A DNA stretch of 32,000 nt from an uncultured Opitutales bacterium (GCA_934660865.1 CAKUIA010000018.1:1-32000); one strand, 5' to 3'. Positions 5,927 through 16,017 are shown, numbered from the stretch's first letter. The notes: a model not told the origin generated them from the letters alone. Made by a program: numbers and translations.

Positions 5927-8218
5927 ATGATAGACATAAAGAAAATTGCGATTTTTGCCGCGTCCGTTTTTGCCGCGTTGTGCGCGCAGGCCAAAATAAC
6001 GCCGCTTAATTGGCAGATAGGCTATTCGGAAAAAGAGGGGGTTGCCCCCGCCGAGTTTTACCCCGCAACGGTTCCCGGGGCGGTTCAGATAGACATAGGC
6101 AAGGCAAAGAATATGCCAAAGATGGACTATGCCAATAATACCGAAAAGTACGAATTTTTGGAAGACTGCTATTTTACGTACAAAACTTCGTTTAAAAAGC
6201 CCAAGCTTAACGCCGACGAAAAACTTTATTTTGTCTCGAAGGGCATAGACTACCAGTTCGACATTATATTTAACGGCAAAAAGCTTTTCTCGCAGGAGGG
6301 TATGTTTACTCCCGTAAACATAGACCTAACCGATATGCTTAAAGACGAAAACGATTTGCAGGTTTTGATATATCCCGCCCCCAAAGCGTACGGCAAAGAC
6401 CATAAATTCAGAAGTGCCGCTCTATATAGGTCGCAGGCCGACAAATCCGTAAAGCCGCCCGTAAACTACGGTTGGGACTGGAACCCCCGCATGGTTTGTT
6501 TGGGCATTTGGGACGAAACCGGGCTGGAAGTTCGCAACAAGTCGTTTATTGCCGACGAATATTTGTCGTACAAGCTTTCCGACGACCTTAAAAGTGCGGC
6601 GTTATCTTTGGAATTTTCGGGCAAAGAGCTTGCGGGCTGCTCGTACAAATGGGAATTGCTAGACGCTTCGGGCAAAAAGGTTGCCGAAAATTCGGGCAAG
6701 ATAGACTCCGACAACTTTTCCTCGAACAACGAGGGCGTTTTAAATGGCGTAAATTTGTGGTGGACGCACGACCACGGCACGCCGTATCTATACACTTTCA
6801 ACCTGAAATTGTTTAACGCGCAAAACAAGCAGGTTCAAAGCATATCCGAAAAGGTGGGCTTTAAAAAGCTGGAGCTTGTTTTGAACGCAAACGAATATCA
6901 AAGCGAAACCGCGGGCAGGGGCGAACGCCCAAGCTACCCAATGCAGATAATGCTAAACAACAGGGAAATCTACGCAAAAGGTTCAAACTGGGTTAACCCC
7001 GAAATGTTCAACGGCACAATCACCAAAGAAACCTACGAAACTTTGGTAAAATACGGCGTAGAGGCAAACTTCAATATCTTCCGCTGCTGGGGCGGGGCTT
7101 TGGTAAACAAAGAGTCGTTTTTCGAAGCTTGCGACAGGCTCGGCATACTGGTTTGGCAGGAATTCCCGCTTGCGTGCAACGAATACAAGAACGACGACCA
7201 CTACCTTAAAATTTTGGAGCAGGAAGCAGTCTCGATAGTAAAACGCGTGCGCAGGCACCCGTCTTTGGCTATGTGGTGCGGCGGCAACGAGCTGTTTCAG
7301 GGCTGGTCGAGAATGAACGACCAATACCACGCGCTAAGGCTTTTAAACGCAATCTGCTACAAGTACGACAGAAAAACCCCGTATTTGTACACATCGCCGA
7401 TGAACGGCGTAATACACGGGCCGTATTTCTTCTATCACGCAAAGACAAAAAGGACAATGATAGACTATTTCCAGCACTACAAGGCTGTGGCCTATACCGA
7501 ATTCGGCGTTCCGGCGCTTTCGCCCATAGAAACAATTAAAGACGTTATCCCCCCCGAAGAATGGTGGCCGATTAAGCCCACAAAGGCCTGGATAAACCAC
7601 CACGCTTTCGACGCTTTGGGCTGGGAAAGATGGCTTTGCCGCCCGGACGTTGAACTTGTGTTTAACGGAAAGGCAAAGTCTCTTGAAGATATGGTAGAAA
7701 GAACCAACTTTTTGCAGGTTCAAGGCTACAAGGCAATGTTCGAAGAGGCGCGCCACCAAAAACCCCATTGCTCGATGGTTATAAATTGGTGCTACAACGA
7801 TTCCTGGAAAACCGTTGCAAACAACTCCATTGTAGGGTATCCGACAATCAGAAAGCCCGCATATTACGCCATAAAAGATTCGTGCCGCCCCGTTTTGGCA
7901 AGCGCAAGGTTCCCGAAATTCCACTGGTATACGGGAGACTATTTTAAGGCGGAAATGTCGCTTTTAAACGATTCGTACAAAAAGCTGAACGCAATGAACA
8001 TAACCGCCTATTTGGTTATAGACGGCAAAAAATACAAGGTAATGACGTGGAACTGTCCCGAGGCCGGCATAAACCGCAACGTTTACGGGCCGCAGGCCGT
8101 GTTTAAACTTCCGGATATGTCGAAAGTAAGCCGCTTCGACTTTGTCTTGGAGGTTGAAAACCACCCCGAATACAACTCGAAATATTCGTTTGTTGTAAAG
8201 CCCAAAAGCGCACTATAG
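5927..8218 (+). CDS. Secreted glycoside hydrolase family 2 protein (beta-mannosidase / exo-glucosaminidase-like)
   Basis: Track ORF trimmed to ATG 5927 (MIDIKKIAIFAASVFAALCAQA, a signal peptide). GH2 hallmarks are present: VWQEFPLACNEY, the acid/base region WCGGNE, and the nucleophile region YTEFG. Substrate specificity cannot be read from the sequence. Confidence 0.8.
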   Translation: MIDIKKIAIFAASVFAALCAQAKITPLNWQIGYSEKEGVAPAEFYPATVPGAVQIDIGKAKNMPKMDYANNTEKYEFLEDCYFTYKTSFKKPKLNADEKLYFVSKGIDYQFDIIFNGKKLFSQEGMFTPVNIDLTDMLKDENDLQVLIYPAPKAYGKDHKFRSAALYRSQADKSVKPPVNYGWDWNPRMVCLGIWDETGLEVRNKSFIADEYLSYKLSDDLKSAALSLEFSGKELAGCSYKWELLDASGKKVAENSGKIDSDNFSSNNEGVLNGVNLWWTHDHGTPYLYTFNLKLFNAQNKQVQSISEKVGFKKLELVLNANEYQSETAGRGERPSYPMQIMLNNREIYAKGSNWVNPEMFNGTITKETYETLVKYGVEANFNIFRCWGGALVNKESFFEACDRLGILVWQEFPLACNEYKNDDHYLKILEQEAVSIVKRVRRHPSLAMWCGGNELFQGWSRMNDQYHALRLLNAICYKYDRKTPYLYTSPMNGVIHGPYFFYHAKTKRTMIDYFQHYKAVAYTEFGVPALSPIETIKDVIPPEEWWPIKPTKAWINHHAFDALGWERWLCRPDVELVFNGKAKSLEDMVERTNFLQVQGYKAMFEEARHQKPHCSMVINWCYNDSWKTVANNSIVGYPTIRKPAYYAIKDSCRPVLASARFPKFHWYTGDYFKAEMSLLNDSYKKLNAMNITAYLVIDGKKYKVMTWNCPEAGINRNVYGPQAVFKLPDMSKVSRFDFVLEVENHPEYNSKYSFVVKPKSAL

Positions 8219-8235
8219 TTGCACGAACGCAAAAG

Positions 8236-8261
8236 GGAGGGCGTAAAATACGCCTCCTTTT
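8236..8261 (+). terminator. Rho-independent terminator after the GH2 gene
   Basis: GGAG(G)GCGTA pairs with TACGCCTCC (one bulged G) around an AAA loop, followed by TTTT. Confidence 0.6.
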
Positions 8262-8358
8262 GCCGTTTTTGCCCAACAAAGCTAGAAAATAGTGCTTTAC
8301 AAACACTAATATATATGCTTTTATCGACATTTAAATTTTTTAAGAAAGATATACAGCA

Positions 8359-8613
8359 ATGGCTAATAACAAATCATCAGAAAAAGATATCCGCCGTACG
8401 GCGACCCGTACAGAGGCTAACCGCAAGGCCAAGAGCCGCCTAAAGACTCTTGTTAAAGCATCCAAGCAGTCGGCCGACAAAGAATCGTTAAAGAAAAACG
8501 CCGCCAACTTGGCTTCGGCTTTGGACAAAGCCGTAAAGACAAACAAGCTCTCGAAAAACAGAGCCAACAAAATCAAGAGCAACTTGGCTAAGGCGATAAA
8601 CAAAAAGGCCTAA
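8359..8613 (+). CDS. rpsT: 30S ribosomal protein S20
   Basis: 84 aa and very basic. MANNKSSEKDIRRTATRTEANRKAKSRLKTLVK..AVKTNKLSKNRANKIKSNLAK matches the S20 pattern. Confidence 0.9.
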   Translation: MANNKSSEKDIRRTATRTEANRKAKSRLKTLVKASKQSADKESLKKNAANLASALDKAVKTNKLSKNRANKIKSNLAKAINKKA

Positions 8614-8640
8614 GCTTTTTTACGCAATATTTTGTTTGCA

Positions 8641-8671
8641 GGCCTTGCCTTTTTAGGACAAGGTCTTTTTT
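8641..8671 (+). terminator. Rho-independent terminator after rpsT
   Basis: GGCCTTG (8641..8647) pairs with CAAGGTC (8659..8665), including one G-U pair, followed by TTTTTT. Confidence 0.6.
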
Positions 8672-8676
8672 GTTGT

Positions 8677-9468
8677 ATGCAAACTTTACCACAAATAGGC
8701 TTTAAAAGCGGCGAGCTTTGCGAAAACGCCGTCAGAACCGAAATATTGTTCCATAAAGAGGGCGAGTTTTTTATGTTGAACAAGCCCGCGGGGGTGGATT
8801 TCGATGTGCCCGCCTCGCGCGAGTTTGGCTCGGTAATTACCTGTCTTAGGCAAAATTTGGAAAAGCCCGAATTGGCCTTCCTTAAAATGCAGGTGCCTAC
8901 GGCTTCGTCGCTTATCTCGCGCGACGTTTCGGGCGCGTGCATAATAGCCTGCAATAAGGATACGGCTTCGGCCCTTAAAAACGCGTGCGGTTCGCACCTG
9001 TTTAACTTCGAATTTTTGCTTGTGTGCAGAAAATCCGAGCGCGCTTTCGAGCCGTTCGAGGTAGACTTGCCCATTCTTACCCCCTATAAAAAGGAAAAGG
9101 CCGTTATAACCCACAATTTCGGCAAAAAGTGCACAACGCAGTTTACGCCGTTGAAGGAAAACGCGCAATTCCAGTTATGGAGCGCAAAAAGCACATATTT
9201 GCGCAGGCATCAAATACGTCTGCACGCCAGTGCCGGCGGCCTTAAAATTTTGGGAGACACTTTATATTCGCAAACGCCCTTTGTAAAACTTTCGTCGCTA
9301 AAAAAAGGCTACAAAAAGTTCGACGAAGAAAGGCCCTTATATCCGTTCATAGCAATACATTCGGCAAAAATATCGTTTTCGGAAAAATCCGAATTCGGCG
9401 CAATCGAGGTTTCGGCTTTGCCTTCGAAAAAGTTTAACACATTGTTGGGAAAACTTTTGCTTGCCTAG
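8677..9468 (+). CDS. RluA-family pseudouridine synthase-like protein with an atypical catalytic motif
   Basis: Track ORF trimmed to ATG 8677. Family motifs seen: FFMLNKPAGV (motif I-like) and RRHQIRLHASAGGLKILGDTLY (motif III). The expected HRLDxxTSG reads SLISRDVSG. There is no S4 domain. Confidence 0.6.
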   Translation: MQTLPQIGFKSGELCENAVRTEILFHKEGEFFMLNKPAGVDFDVPASREFGSVITCLRQNLEKPELAFLKMQVPTASSLISRDVSGACIIACNKDTASALKNACGSHLFNFEFLLVCRKSERAFEPFEVDLPILTPYKKEKAVITHNFGKKCTTQFTPLKENAQFQLWSAKSTYLRRHQIRLHASAGGLKILGDTLYSQTPFVKLSSLKKGYKKFDEERPLYPFIAIHSAKISFSEKSEFGAIEVSALPSKKFNTLLGKLLLA

Positions 9469-9473
9469 TTTTT

Positions 9474-10208
9474 ATGAACCCCGACGACGTAAGAAAATAT
9501 TTCGAAATTCCCGAAGTTGCCGACGAATACGCCTTTGCGGTAGACAGGGTTGGCCTTTGGAATTCCGAGAAAATTGTGATAGAAAAATATCTGCCCAAAA
9601 CGGCGCAAATATTGGAGTTGGGGTGCGGAGCGGCGCGCGTGGGCATTAACCTTGCGCTTATGGGCTACAAAAATTTGGCGGCAAGCGACTTTTCGCCGAA
9701 AATGGTTGAATGTGCAAGGGCCATTGCCGAGTTTAAGCGCGTAAACTTGCCGCTTTCGGTAGAAGACGCAACCGATTTGTCTCGGCGCGAAAGCGGTTTT
9801 TACGACGGGGTTTTGTTTTGCTTTAACGGGTTTATGCAAATTCCCCTGCAAAGCCGCAGGCTTGTTTGCGCAAAAGAGATTTTCAGAGTTCTCAAAAAGG
9901 GCGGCTATTTCATATTTACAACCCATTCGCGCAGCGCAAAACGCAACGAAAAATATTGGGAAAACGAAAAAAAATTGTGGCAAAACGCAAATAACAATCC
10001 CAAATTGGACGAATACGGCGATATATGTTATAAGAGCGACTACGGCGAGCTTTTCATACACTCTCCGATAGAATCCGAGGTAAGGGCAACCCTAAAAGAC
10101 GCCGGCTTTGCCGAGGTCTTTTCGGATTGGCGCAGCAACATTGCAAACGAAAACGCCGCCGTGCGCGAATTTTCCGACGACTGCCGCTTTTGGGTATTCA
10201 AAAAATAA
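9474..10208 (+). CDS. Class I SAM-dependent methyltransferase
   Basis: Motif I ILELGCGAARVG, an acidic post-I residue (AASDFS), and the LKKGGYFIF motif. It starts 5 nt after the preceding stop. Confidence 0.75.
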   Translation: MNPDDVRKYFEIPEVADEYAFAVDRVGLWNSEKIVIEKYLPKTAQILELGCGAARVGINLALMGYKNLAASDFSPKMVECARAIAEFKRVNLPLSVEDATDLSRRESGFYDGVLFCFNGFMQIPLQSRRLVCAKEIFRVLKKGGYFIFTTHSRSAKRNEKYWENEKKLWQNANNNPKLDEYGDICYKSDYGELFIHSPIESEVRATLKDAGFAEVFSDWRSNIANENAAVREFSDDCRFWVFKK

Positions 10209-10218
10209 GGGACATACT

Positions 10219-13020
10219 ATGAAAAAATTTATAATCATACTTCTTACGCTTATGAATATATCGGGTTATGCAAAGGATTTGCAGATCGACAACAGGTTGT
10301 GCGAAACGACTTTCGAAAACGGCTTTAAGCTTTATATGTTCAAAAATTCCGAGCCGCCCGACAGGGTGTCGATGAGGCTTGTTGTAAGGCGTGGCTCGGC
10401 AAACGAGAGCGAGTCGGAAAGCGGCATAGCGCACTTTTTAGAGCACATGGCCTTTAACGGCACAAAGCACTTTAAGGCGGGCGAAATGGTCGAGTATTTT
10501 CAGCGCATAGGCATGGCGTTCGGCGCCGACACAAACGCACATACCTCTTTCGAGGAAACCGTATACAAAATAGACATTCCCGACGCCGACAAAGCCCACA
10601 TAAAAGACGGCATTGTTCTTATGGGCGACTACGCCTACAATATGCTTTTGCCCTTAGAGCAGATAAATTCGGAGCGCGGCGTTATTTTGGCCGAAAAAAC
10701 CGCAAGGCAATCGGCTTCGTATCTGGAATTTTGCGCCTATTGGAGGGCGATTTTCGGTCCCGACAGCGTGTACTCGAAACGCCTGCCCATAGGCGACGAA
10801 AACGTGATAAAAAACGCCCCGCGCGAAACTTTTGTGAAATTCTACAACGAAAACTATTCGCCCGAAAATATGGCGCTGCTTGTTGTAGGCGACTTTGATT
10901 TTAACTATGTAAAAGCCCTGGCAAAAGAGTATTTGGGCGGCGAAAAGGCAAAGGGCTTTGTGCGCCCGGCGCTTTCCGAAAAGTGCAAATTCCCAAAAGC
11001 TTCGGGCAACTATAAGGAGCTTTTTGAAAGGGCCGTTGTAGACGTTTACACAAACAAAGAGCTTAAAAATTCGTCGGTAAAGCTCATGTCGGTTAAACCC
11101 GCAAAATTTGCGGGCGATTCGCTCGAAAAAAGGGAGTATTACGCCGTGCTGGGGCTTGCAAACTATGCGCTTAGCCGCAGGCTTGAAAGGCTTTCGAGCG
11201 AGGAAAATTCGCCCTTTACGGCGGGCGAGGCCTATTCTATGGACTTGTTCGACACCGTAGACGTTGCCTGTCTGGACATAACAGCCCCCAAAAAACTGGG
11301 CAAAGAGGCGTTTTTGCTGCCTTTGCGCGAATTGGCAAAGGCGCTGCAATTCGGCTTCGACGAAAGCGAAATAAACGAGGCAAAGGCCTACTACCTGAAC
11401 AATTACGAACAGCTTGTAAAAACAAAGCTCACCAAAAAAACGAACGAAATTGCCAACGATTTGGCGGGCCGCATTTCTAAGCAAAACGTTATAACTTCGC
11501 CCGAAAGCGACTATTTGGCGGCAAAAAACCTCTTCGCAAAAACTACGGCAAAAGACGTTTTTAATTTGTTTAAAGGCCAGTTTGCCGACTCTAAATTTGT
11601 TGTGTTTGTAAGCGATGCCGTGCCTTGCACATTCGACATACCGGCCGAAGTTAAAAGCGCGGCAAATATGCAGGTTGTAAAAAACGCCGAAATTAAAACG
11701 CAGGAATTTGCATATTCGAACATTTCGGGCAAATACGAAATTGTTGAAAAAAACAGGATTGAGGAACTCGGTTTGCTGCAGGTAAAGTTTGCAAACAACG
11801 TTCGCGCAAACTTCAAAAAAACCGCCTTTGCCGCCGACACGGTGTCCGTAAAATTCTCGTTCGGCAACGGGCGCATGGGCATTGCAAACGAAAAGACCGC
11901 GGCCATCGCCAAATTGGGCGATTTGATTGTATACGGCGGGCTAACTGCGCATACGTACGAGGATATATTTTCGATATTTTCGGACAAAACAATGTCGCTT
12001 GAATTTGCCGAAGACTACGACTGTTTTTCGCTTAACGCCGTTTGCTCTAAAAGGGATTTAAAAAGCCAGTTGCTGCTTATAAGGGCTTACATTACAAATG
12101 CAGCTTTCCGCAAAAACGCGCTAAGCCGCATAAAAAAGACGGTAAAGGAAAACTACATTAAGTTCGACACAACGCCCGAGGGGGCTTTCCAGTCGAAAAC
12201 AATGAAGCGCATTTGCTCCGGCGACGCGCGTTTCGGGTTTCCCCCCGAAGATTTGCTTATGTCCGTAGGCGAAAAGGACATTGAAAACTTCTTTAGAAGT
12301 TTGCTGCAAAAGTCTTATGCCGAAATTTCCTTAGTCGGCGATTTCGACGACTCGGCCGAGGCTACGGTAGGCGAAGTTTTAGGGACTCTTGAAAAGCGCA
12401 GCGAAAACTGCAATGCAACCGAAAAGATGTACGAAGTAAACCTGGCAAACCCCGAAATTCCCGTACAGATAGATTTTAATTCGAAGCTGGCAAAGGGTAT
12501 TTCGGCTTTGGTGTGGAAAAGCTTCCCCATGCGCGACATAGACAGGGCAAGGGCGGCAAACCTGCTTGCCAGCGTGCTGGACGACAGAATGAGAATTAAA
12601 ATAAGGGAGCAGTCGGGTTTGGTGTATAGCCCCTTTGCATTCAACAATTCCGAGCGTACCTACAATTTCGGCATATTGATAGAGGCAAGCATTGTGGATA
12701 AATCGTATACCGACAAGGTTGAAACTTTGCTGCTGGAATGCGCCGAAAGCCTTAAAACGCAGAAAATAACGCAGGACGAATTCGACAGGGCAAAAAAGCC
12801 GCTTATTAAACAGATAGAAAAAATGCGCCGAAGCAACGCGTATTGGCTGGACTCGGTAGTGTCGTATTCGCAGGCTTTTCCCGAAAAAACGCAGTGGGCA
12901 AAAACCGTGTTAAGCGGCTACAAGTCGGTGTCGCTTGGCGACGTTCAAAATGCGGCATATTCGATAATCGAAAAGCCCTACAAGGTAAGAATTTTTCCGA
13001 AGCAAAAAAAGGTTGAATAA
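10219..13020 (+). CDS. Secreted M16-family (pitrilysin/insulinase-like) zinc metallopeptidase, double-length
   Basis: Track ORF trimmed to ATG 10219 (MKKFIIILLTLMNISGYA, a signal peptide). It carries the inverted zinc motif HFLEHMAFNG and the downstream ERGVILAE glutamates. At ~933 aa it is consistent with two fused M16 active/inactive domain pairs. Confidence 0.85.
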   Translation: MKKFIIILLTLMNISGYAKDLQIDNRLCETTFENGFKLYMFKNSEPPDRVSMRLVVRRGSANESESESGIAHFLEHMAFNGTKHFKAGEMVEYFQRIGMAFGADTNAHTSFEETVYKIDIPDADKAHIKDGIVLMGDYAYNMLLPLEQINSERGVILAEKTARQSASYLEFCAYWRAIFGPDSVYSKRLPIGDENVIKNAPRETFVKFYNENYSPENMALLVVGDFDFNYVKALAKEYLGGEKAKGFVRPALSEKCKFPKASGNYKELFERAVVDVYTNKELKNSSVKLMSVKPAKFAGDSLEKREYYAVLGLANYALSRRLERLSSEENSPFTAGEAYSMDLFDTVDVACLDITAPKKLGKEAFLLPLRELAKALQFGFDESEINEAKAYYLNNYEQLVKTKLTKKTNEIANDLAGRISKQNVITSPESDYLAAKNLFAKTTAKDVFNLFKGQFADSKFVVFVSDAVPCTFDIPAEVKSAANMQVVKNAEIKTQEFAYSNISGKYEIVEKNRIEELGLLQVKFANNVRANFKKTAFAADTVSVKFSFGNGRMGIANEKTAAIAKLGDLIVYGGLTAHTYEDIFSIFSDKTMSLEFAEDYDCFSLNAVCSKRDLKSQLLLIRAYITNAAFRKNALSRIKKTVKENYIKFDTTPEGAFQSKTMKRICSGDARFGFPPEDLLMSVGEKDIENFFRSLLQKSYAEISLVGDFDDSAEATVGEVLGTLEKRSENCNATEKMYEVNLANPEIPVQIDFNSKLAKGISALVWKSFPMRDIDRARAANLLASVLDDRMRIKIREQSGLVYSPFAFNNSERTYNFGILIEASIVDKSYTDKVETLLLECAESLKTQKITQDEFDRAKKPLIKQIEKMRRSNAYWLDSVVSYSQAFPEKTQWAKTVLSGYKSVSLGDVQNAAYSIIEKPYKVRIFPKQKKVE

Positions 13021-13052
13021 TGCCCGAAATGTGGGATACTTTTTAGCAATTT

Positions 13053-13766
13053 ATGAATGCCAAATTTAAGAGAATTGTTTTAAAAATAAGCGGCGAAGCC
13101 CTGAAAGATGTAGAAAAGGGCGACGCGCTTTGTCCGGTAATTTTAAAAAATTTAGCCAAAGAGCTGAAGGAAGTAAGCGAAATGGGCGTGCAAATATGCC
13201 TTGTTGTAGGCGGCGGCAACATCTTTAGGGGGCTAAGCGCCTCAAAAAGGGGTGTCGACAGAACTACGGGCGACTATATGGGCATGCTTGCCACCGTTAT
13301 AAACGGCTTGGGGCTTATGAACGCGCTTGAAAACGAAGGCGTAGAAGTTAGGGTGCAAACCGCAATACCCATGGAAAAGGTTGCAGAACCCTTCATTGTA
13401 AGAAGGGCCATAAGGCACTTGGAAAAGGGAAGAATTGTTATTTTTGCGGCGGGCACGGGCAATCCCTATTTTTCGACCGACACAACCGCCGCTTTGCGCG
13501 CCGCCGAAGTTCAGGCCGACTGCATTTTTAAGGCTACCAAAGTAGACGGTATTTACGACAAAGACCCCGTAAAATATCCCGACGCCGTAAAATTCGACAA
13601 GCTTAGCTACCAAGACGCCATAAACAAGCGTTTGGCGGTTATGGATTCCACCGCTTTTTCGATGTGCCAAGACACGAAAATTCCGATTTTGGTGTTCGAT
13701 ATGAACAAATACGGCAACATAAAAAAGGCCGTTTGCGGCGAGCAAATAGGCACTTTGGTAAGCTAA
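13053..13766 (+). CDS. pyrH: UMP kinase
   Basis: [52 protein letters not shown] is a full-length PyrH pattern. Confidence 0.95.
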   Translation: MNAKFKRIVLKISGEALKDVEKGDALCPVILKNLAKELKEVSEMGVQICLVVGGGNIFRGLSASKRGVDRTTGDYMGMLATVINGLGLMNALENEGVEVRVQTAIPMEKVAEPFIVRRAIRHLEKGRIVIFAAGTGNPYFSTDTTAALRAAEVQADCIFKATKVDGIYDKDPVKYPDAVKFDKLSYQDAINKRLAVMDSTAFSMCQDTKIPILVFDMNKYGNIKKAVCGEQIGTLVS

Positions 13767-13815
13767 ATTTTTTATAGGGTAGACAAAATTTTTAAAAAAC
13801 TAAAAAGGAAAAAAT

Positions 13816-14376
13816 ATGGATATACAGGCTGAATTGAAAAAAACACAAGAGGCAATGGGCAAAGTTTCGCAGTATGTGTTGAACGAATTTGACACCGTAC
13901 ACACGGGCAAGGCGTCTACTTCGATGGTAGAGGGCGTTGTTGTAGAAGTTTACGGCTCGAATATGCGTTTGAAGGAAGTTGCCGCAATTACCACACCCGA
14001 CCCGCAGACAATAAGGGTTCAGCCGTGGGACAAAAGCATTTTAAAGGCGGTGGAAAAGGCGATTTTGGCCGCAAACGTTGGTTTAACCCCCGCAGTTATG
14101 GGCGACGCAGTTCGCTGCCCCGTGCCCGCGCTTTCGAGGGAACGCCGCGAAGAGCTTGTTAAAATCTGCAACGATATGGCGGAGCAGGGCCGCGTTCGCG
14201 TTCGCAATGTCCGCAGAGACGCACTAGACGCCTTCAAAAAAGCCCAAAAAGACGGCCTTATTACCGAAGACGATTTAAAGCGCGTGGAAAAAGACGTTCA
14301 AAACCTTACCGACAAGGCCATTAACGGCATAAACAAAGACCTTGCCGACAAGGAAGCCGACATTAAGCAGATATAA
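13816..14376 (+). CDS. frr: Ribosome recycling factor
   Basis: 186 aa. ..FDTVHTGKASTSMVEGVVVEVYGS..PWDKS..AILAANVGLTP..PALSRERREELVK..RVRVRNVRRDA is the classical Frr pattern, and it sits directly after pyrH. Confidence 0.95.
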   Translation: MDIQAELKKTQEAMGKVSQYVLNEFDTVHTGKASTSMVEGVVVEVYGSNMRLKEVAAITTPDPQTIRVQPWDKSILKAVEKAILAANVGLTPAVMGDAVRCPVPALSRERREELVKICNDMAEQGRVRVRNVRRDALDAFKKAQKDGLITEDDLKRVEKDVQNLTDKAINGINKDLADKEADIKQI

Positions 14377-14383
14377 TTTTATT

Positions 14384-15460
14384 ATGGCGCAAAAGCCCAA
14401 AAGGGTAGTTATAAAAATCGGAACGCGCGTTCTGATAGAAAATTCGGGCGAGCTTAACGCAGCCCGAATGAACGCCATTGTTGCCGACGTTGCCAAGCTT
14501 GTCGAAAGCGGGATAGAAGTTGTAATGGTAAGCTCGGGCGCGGTGGGCCTGGGTATGGGCAGGCTTTCGCTTGCAAAAAAGCCCAAAAAGCTTAGCGCAA
14601 AGCAAAAATGCGCCGCGGTAGGCCAGGGCATTTTAATCCAAAAATACGAGGAAAGCTTTGCAAAATACAACCTGCCCGTAGCGCAGCTGTTGCTTACGCG
14701 CGAAGACGTAGACAACCACCACAGGCATTGCGCCCTAAAAGAGGTTATCGACGAAATTCTGTCGGACAAAATCGTTCCCGTAATAAACGAAAACGACCCA
14801 ATCAGCGCGTCGGAGCTTAACGTGAAATTCGGCGACAACGACATTTTAAGCGCGCTGATTGCAAGTCTGGTAAAGGCCGATGTTCTCCTTATTTTGTCTA
14901 CCGCAGGCGGCCTTATAGACATGCGCGGTACAAATGAAATCGTCAAAGAGGTCGAAAAGGTAGACGACAGCGTAAAGGCAATGGCAAATACCTCTACAAG
15001 CGTAGGCGGTACGGGCGGCATGGTTACCAAGCTTAGAGCCGCCGAAATTGCCACAAAAAGCGCGTGCAAAGCCTACATTGCTGGCGGAGACATTAAAAAC
15101 GTGGTAGCCCGCACCATATTAAACGGCGAAAATTTGGGTACATATTTTAAGCCGTGCAAGGGTTCGCCCGTGTCGAAAAAACGCTGGTTTGCCCATTTCG
15201 GCAAAAGTATGGGCAGGCTTTTTGTAGACGAGGGCGCCGCAAACGCCCTTAAAAACCGCGGGGCTTCGCTGCTGGCCGCGGGCGTTGTAGACGTGTCGGG
15301 CAGCTTTAAGGCCGGCGATTTGGTGGATATAGTTTTAAACGGCACTTCGGCTTTGGTTGCAAGGGGCTTGGCTTCGTACGACGCAAAGGAAATTATGAAA
15401 AGCAAAAACACCTCTACAAGCGAAGTGGCGGTGCACAGAGACAACCTTGCCTTGCTATGA
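14384..15460 (+). CDS. proB: Glutamate 5-kinase (with C-terminal PUA domain)
   Basis: Track ORF trimmed to ATG 14384 (MAQKPKRVVIKIGTRVL..VSSGAVGLG..NENDPIS..FGDNDILSA). The PUA-like C-terminus reads RLFVDEGAANAL..GASLLAAGVVDVSGSF. Confidence 0.9.
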   Translation: MAQKPKRVVIKIGTRVLIENSGELNAARMNAIVADVAKLVESGIEVVMVSSGAVGLGMGRLSLAKKPKKLSAKQKCAAVGQGILIQKYEESFAKYNLPVAQLLLTREDVDNHHRHCALKEVIDEILSDKIVPVINENDPISASELNVKFGDNDILSALIASLVKADVLLILSTAGGLIDMRGTNEIVKEVEKVDDSVKAMANTSTSVGGTGGMVTKLRAAEIATKSACKAYIAGGDIKNVVARTILNGENLGTYFKPCKGSPVSKKRWFAHFGKSMGRLFVDEGAANALKNRGASLLAAGVVDVSGSFKAGDLVDIVLNGTSALVARGLASYDAKEIMKSKNTSTSEVAVHRDNLALL

Positions 15461-16017
15461 GCGAAGAGATAAATTTAAAGAGAACTTGTTGGGCAATGCT
15501 TATTCCTTCGGGCGTAAAAGTGCGCCTGGCGGAATCTACACCCGTGCTTATAACGCACAGGCTTGGCGGCAATTTTACGGTTAAAGGGCCATTCGGCGTT
15601 GCCAGAATAGAGGGCATAGACGCCGACGCCCTCGGCGAGCCCGTTCCCGAAAACCCCGACAAGCCGAAAACGCAGCCTGCCGAAAGCGAACATAAATTTG
15701 CCCTGCCCGAAAAGGACGAGCTATGGAGTTTGGCAAAGACGGTGTACGACCCCGAAATACCCGTAAATATTGTGGATTTGGGGCTTGTATACAGGATAGA
15801 CGCCTATACCGATGTAGAGGGCAAGAACAATGTAGAGGTGGATATGACTCTTACCGCTCCCGGTTGCTCGCTTGGCCCCGTTATTGCCGACGATTTAAAA
15901 ATGCGCCTAGAGGCAATGCCGGGGGTAGACAAAGCCGAAGTTAACATTGTTTGGGACCCTCCGTGGAATAAGGATATGATTTCGGAAGAGGGCAAGATGA
16001 TTTTGGGCTTGGTCTAA
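15457..16017 (+). CDS. sufT: DUF59-domain Fe-S cluster assembly protein, long SufT-like form
   Basis: The C-terminal DUF59 region reads VYDPEIPVNIVDLGLVY..VEVDMTLTAPGCSLGPVIADD..V.IVWDPPW, preceded by an ~85-aa N-terminal extension as in long SufT proteins. Its start overlaps the proB stop (ATGA, 15457..15460). Confidence 0.65.
   Translation: MSEEINLKRTCWAMLIPSGVKVRLAESTPVLITHRLGGNFTVKGPFGVARIEGIDADALGEPVPENPDKPKTQPAESEHKFALPEKDELWSLAKTVYDPEIPVNIVDLGLVYRIDAYTDVEGKNNVEVDMTLTAPGCSLGPVIADDLKMRLEAMPGVDKAEVNIVWDPPWNKDMISEEGKMILGLV

Noticed and set aside
10654-11484. 276-aa antisense ORF inside the M16 peptidase gene. Similar long antisense ORFs occur at 7343..7924, 9465..10061, 13242..13745, 15907..16401, 20251..20895 and 28813..29523.
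   Set aside because: All lie opposite genes with strong family motifs. They show R/F/K/G-rich shadow-frame composition and lack start-site signals.
14275-15069. 264-aa antisense ORF inside proB
   Set aside because: It is an in-register shadow ORF. The genome rarely uses the TTA, CTA and TCA codons that would create antisense stops. The sequence is S/A/T/F-rich, has no motifs, and lies opposite a confidently identified gene.
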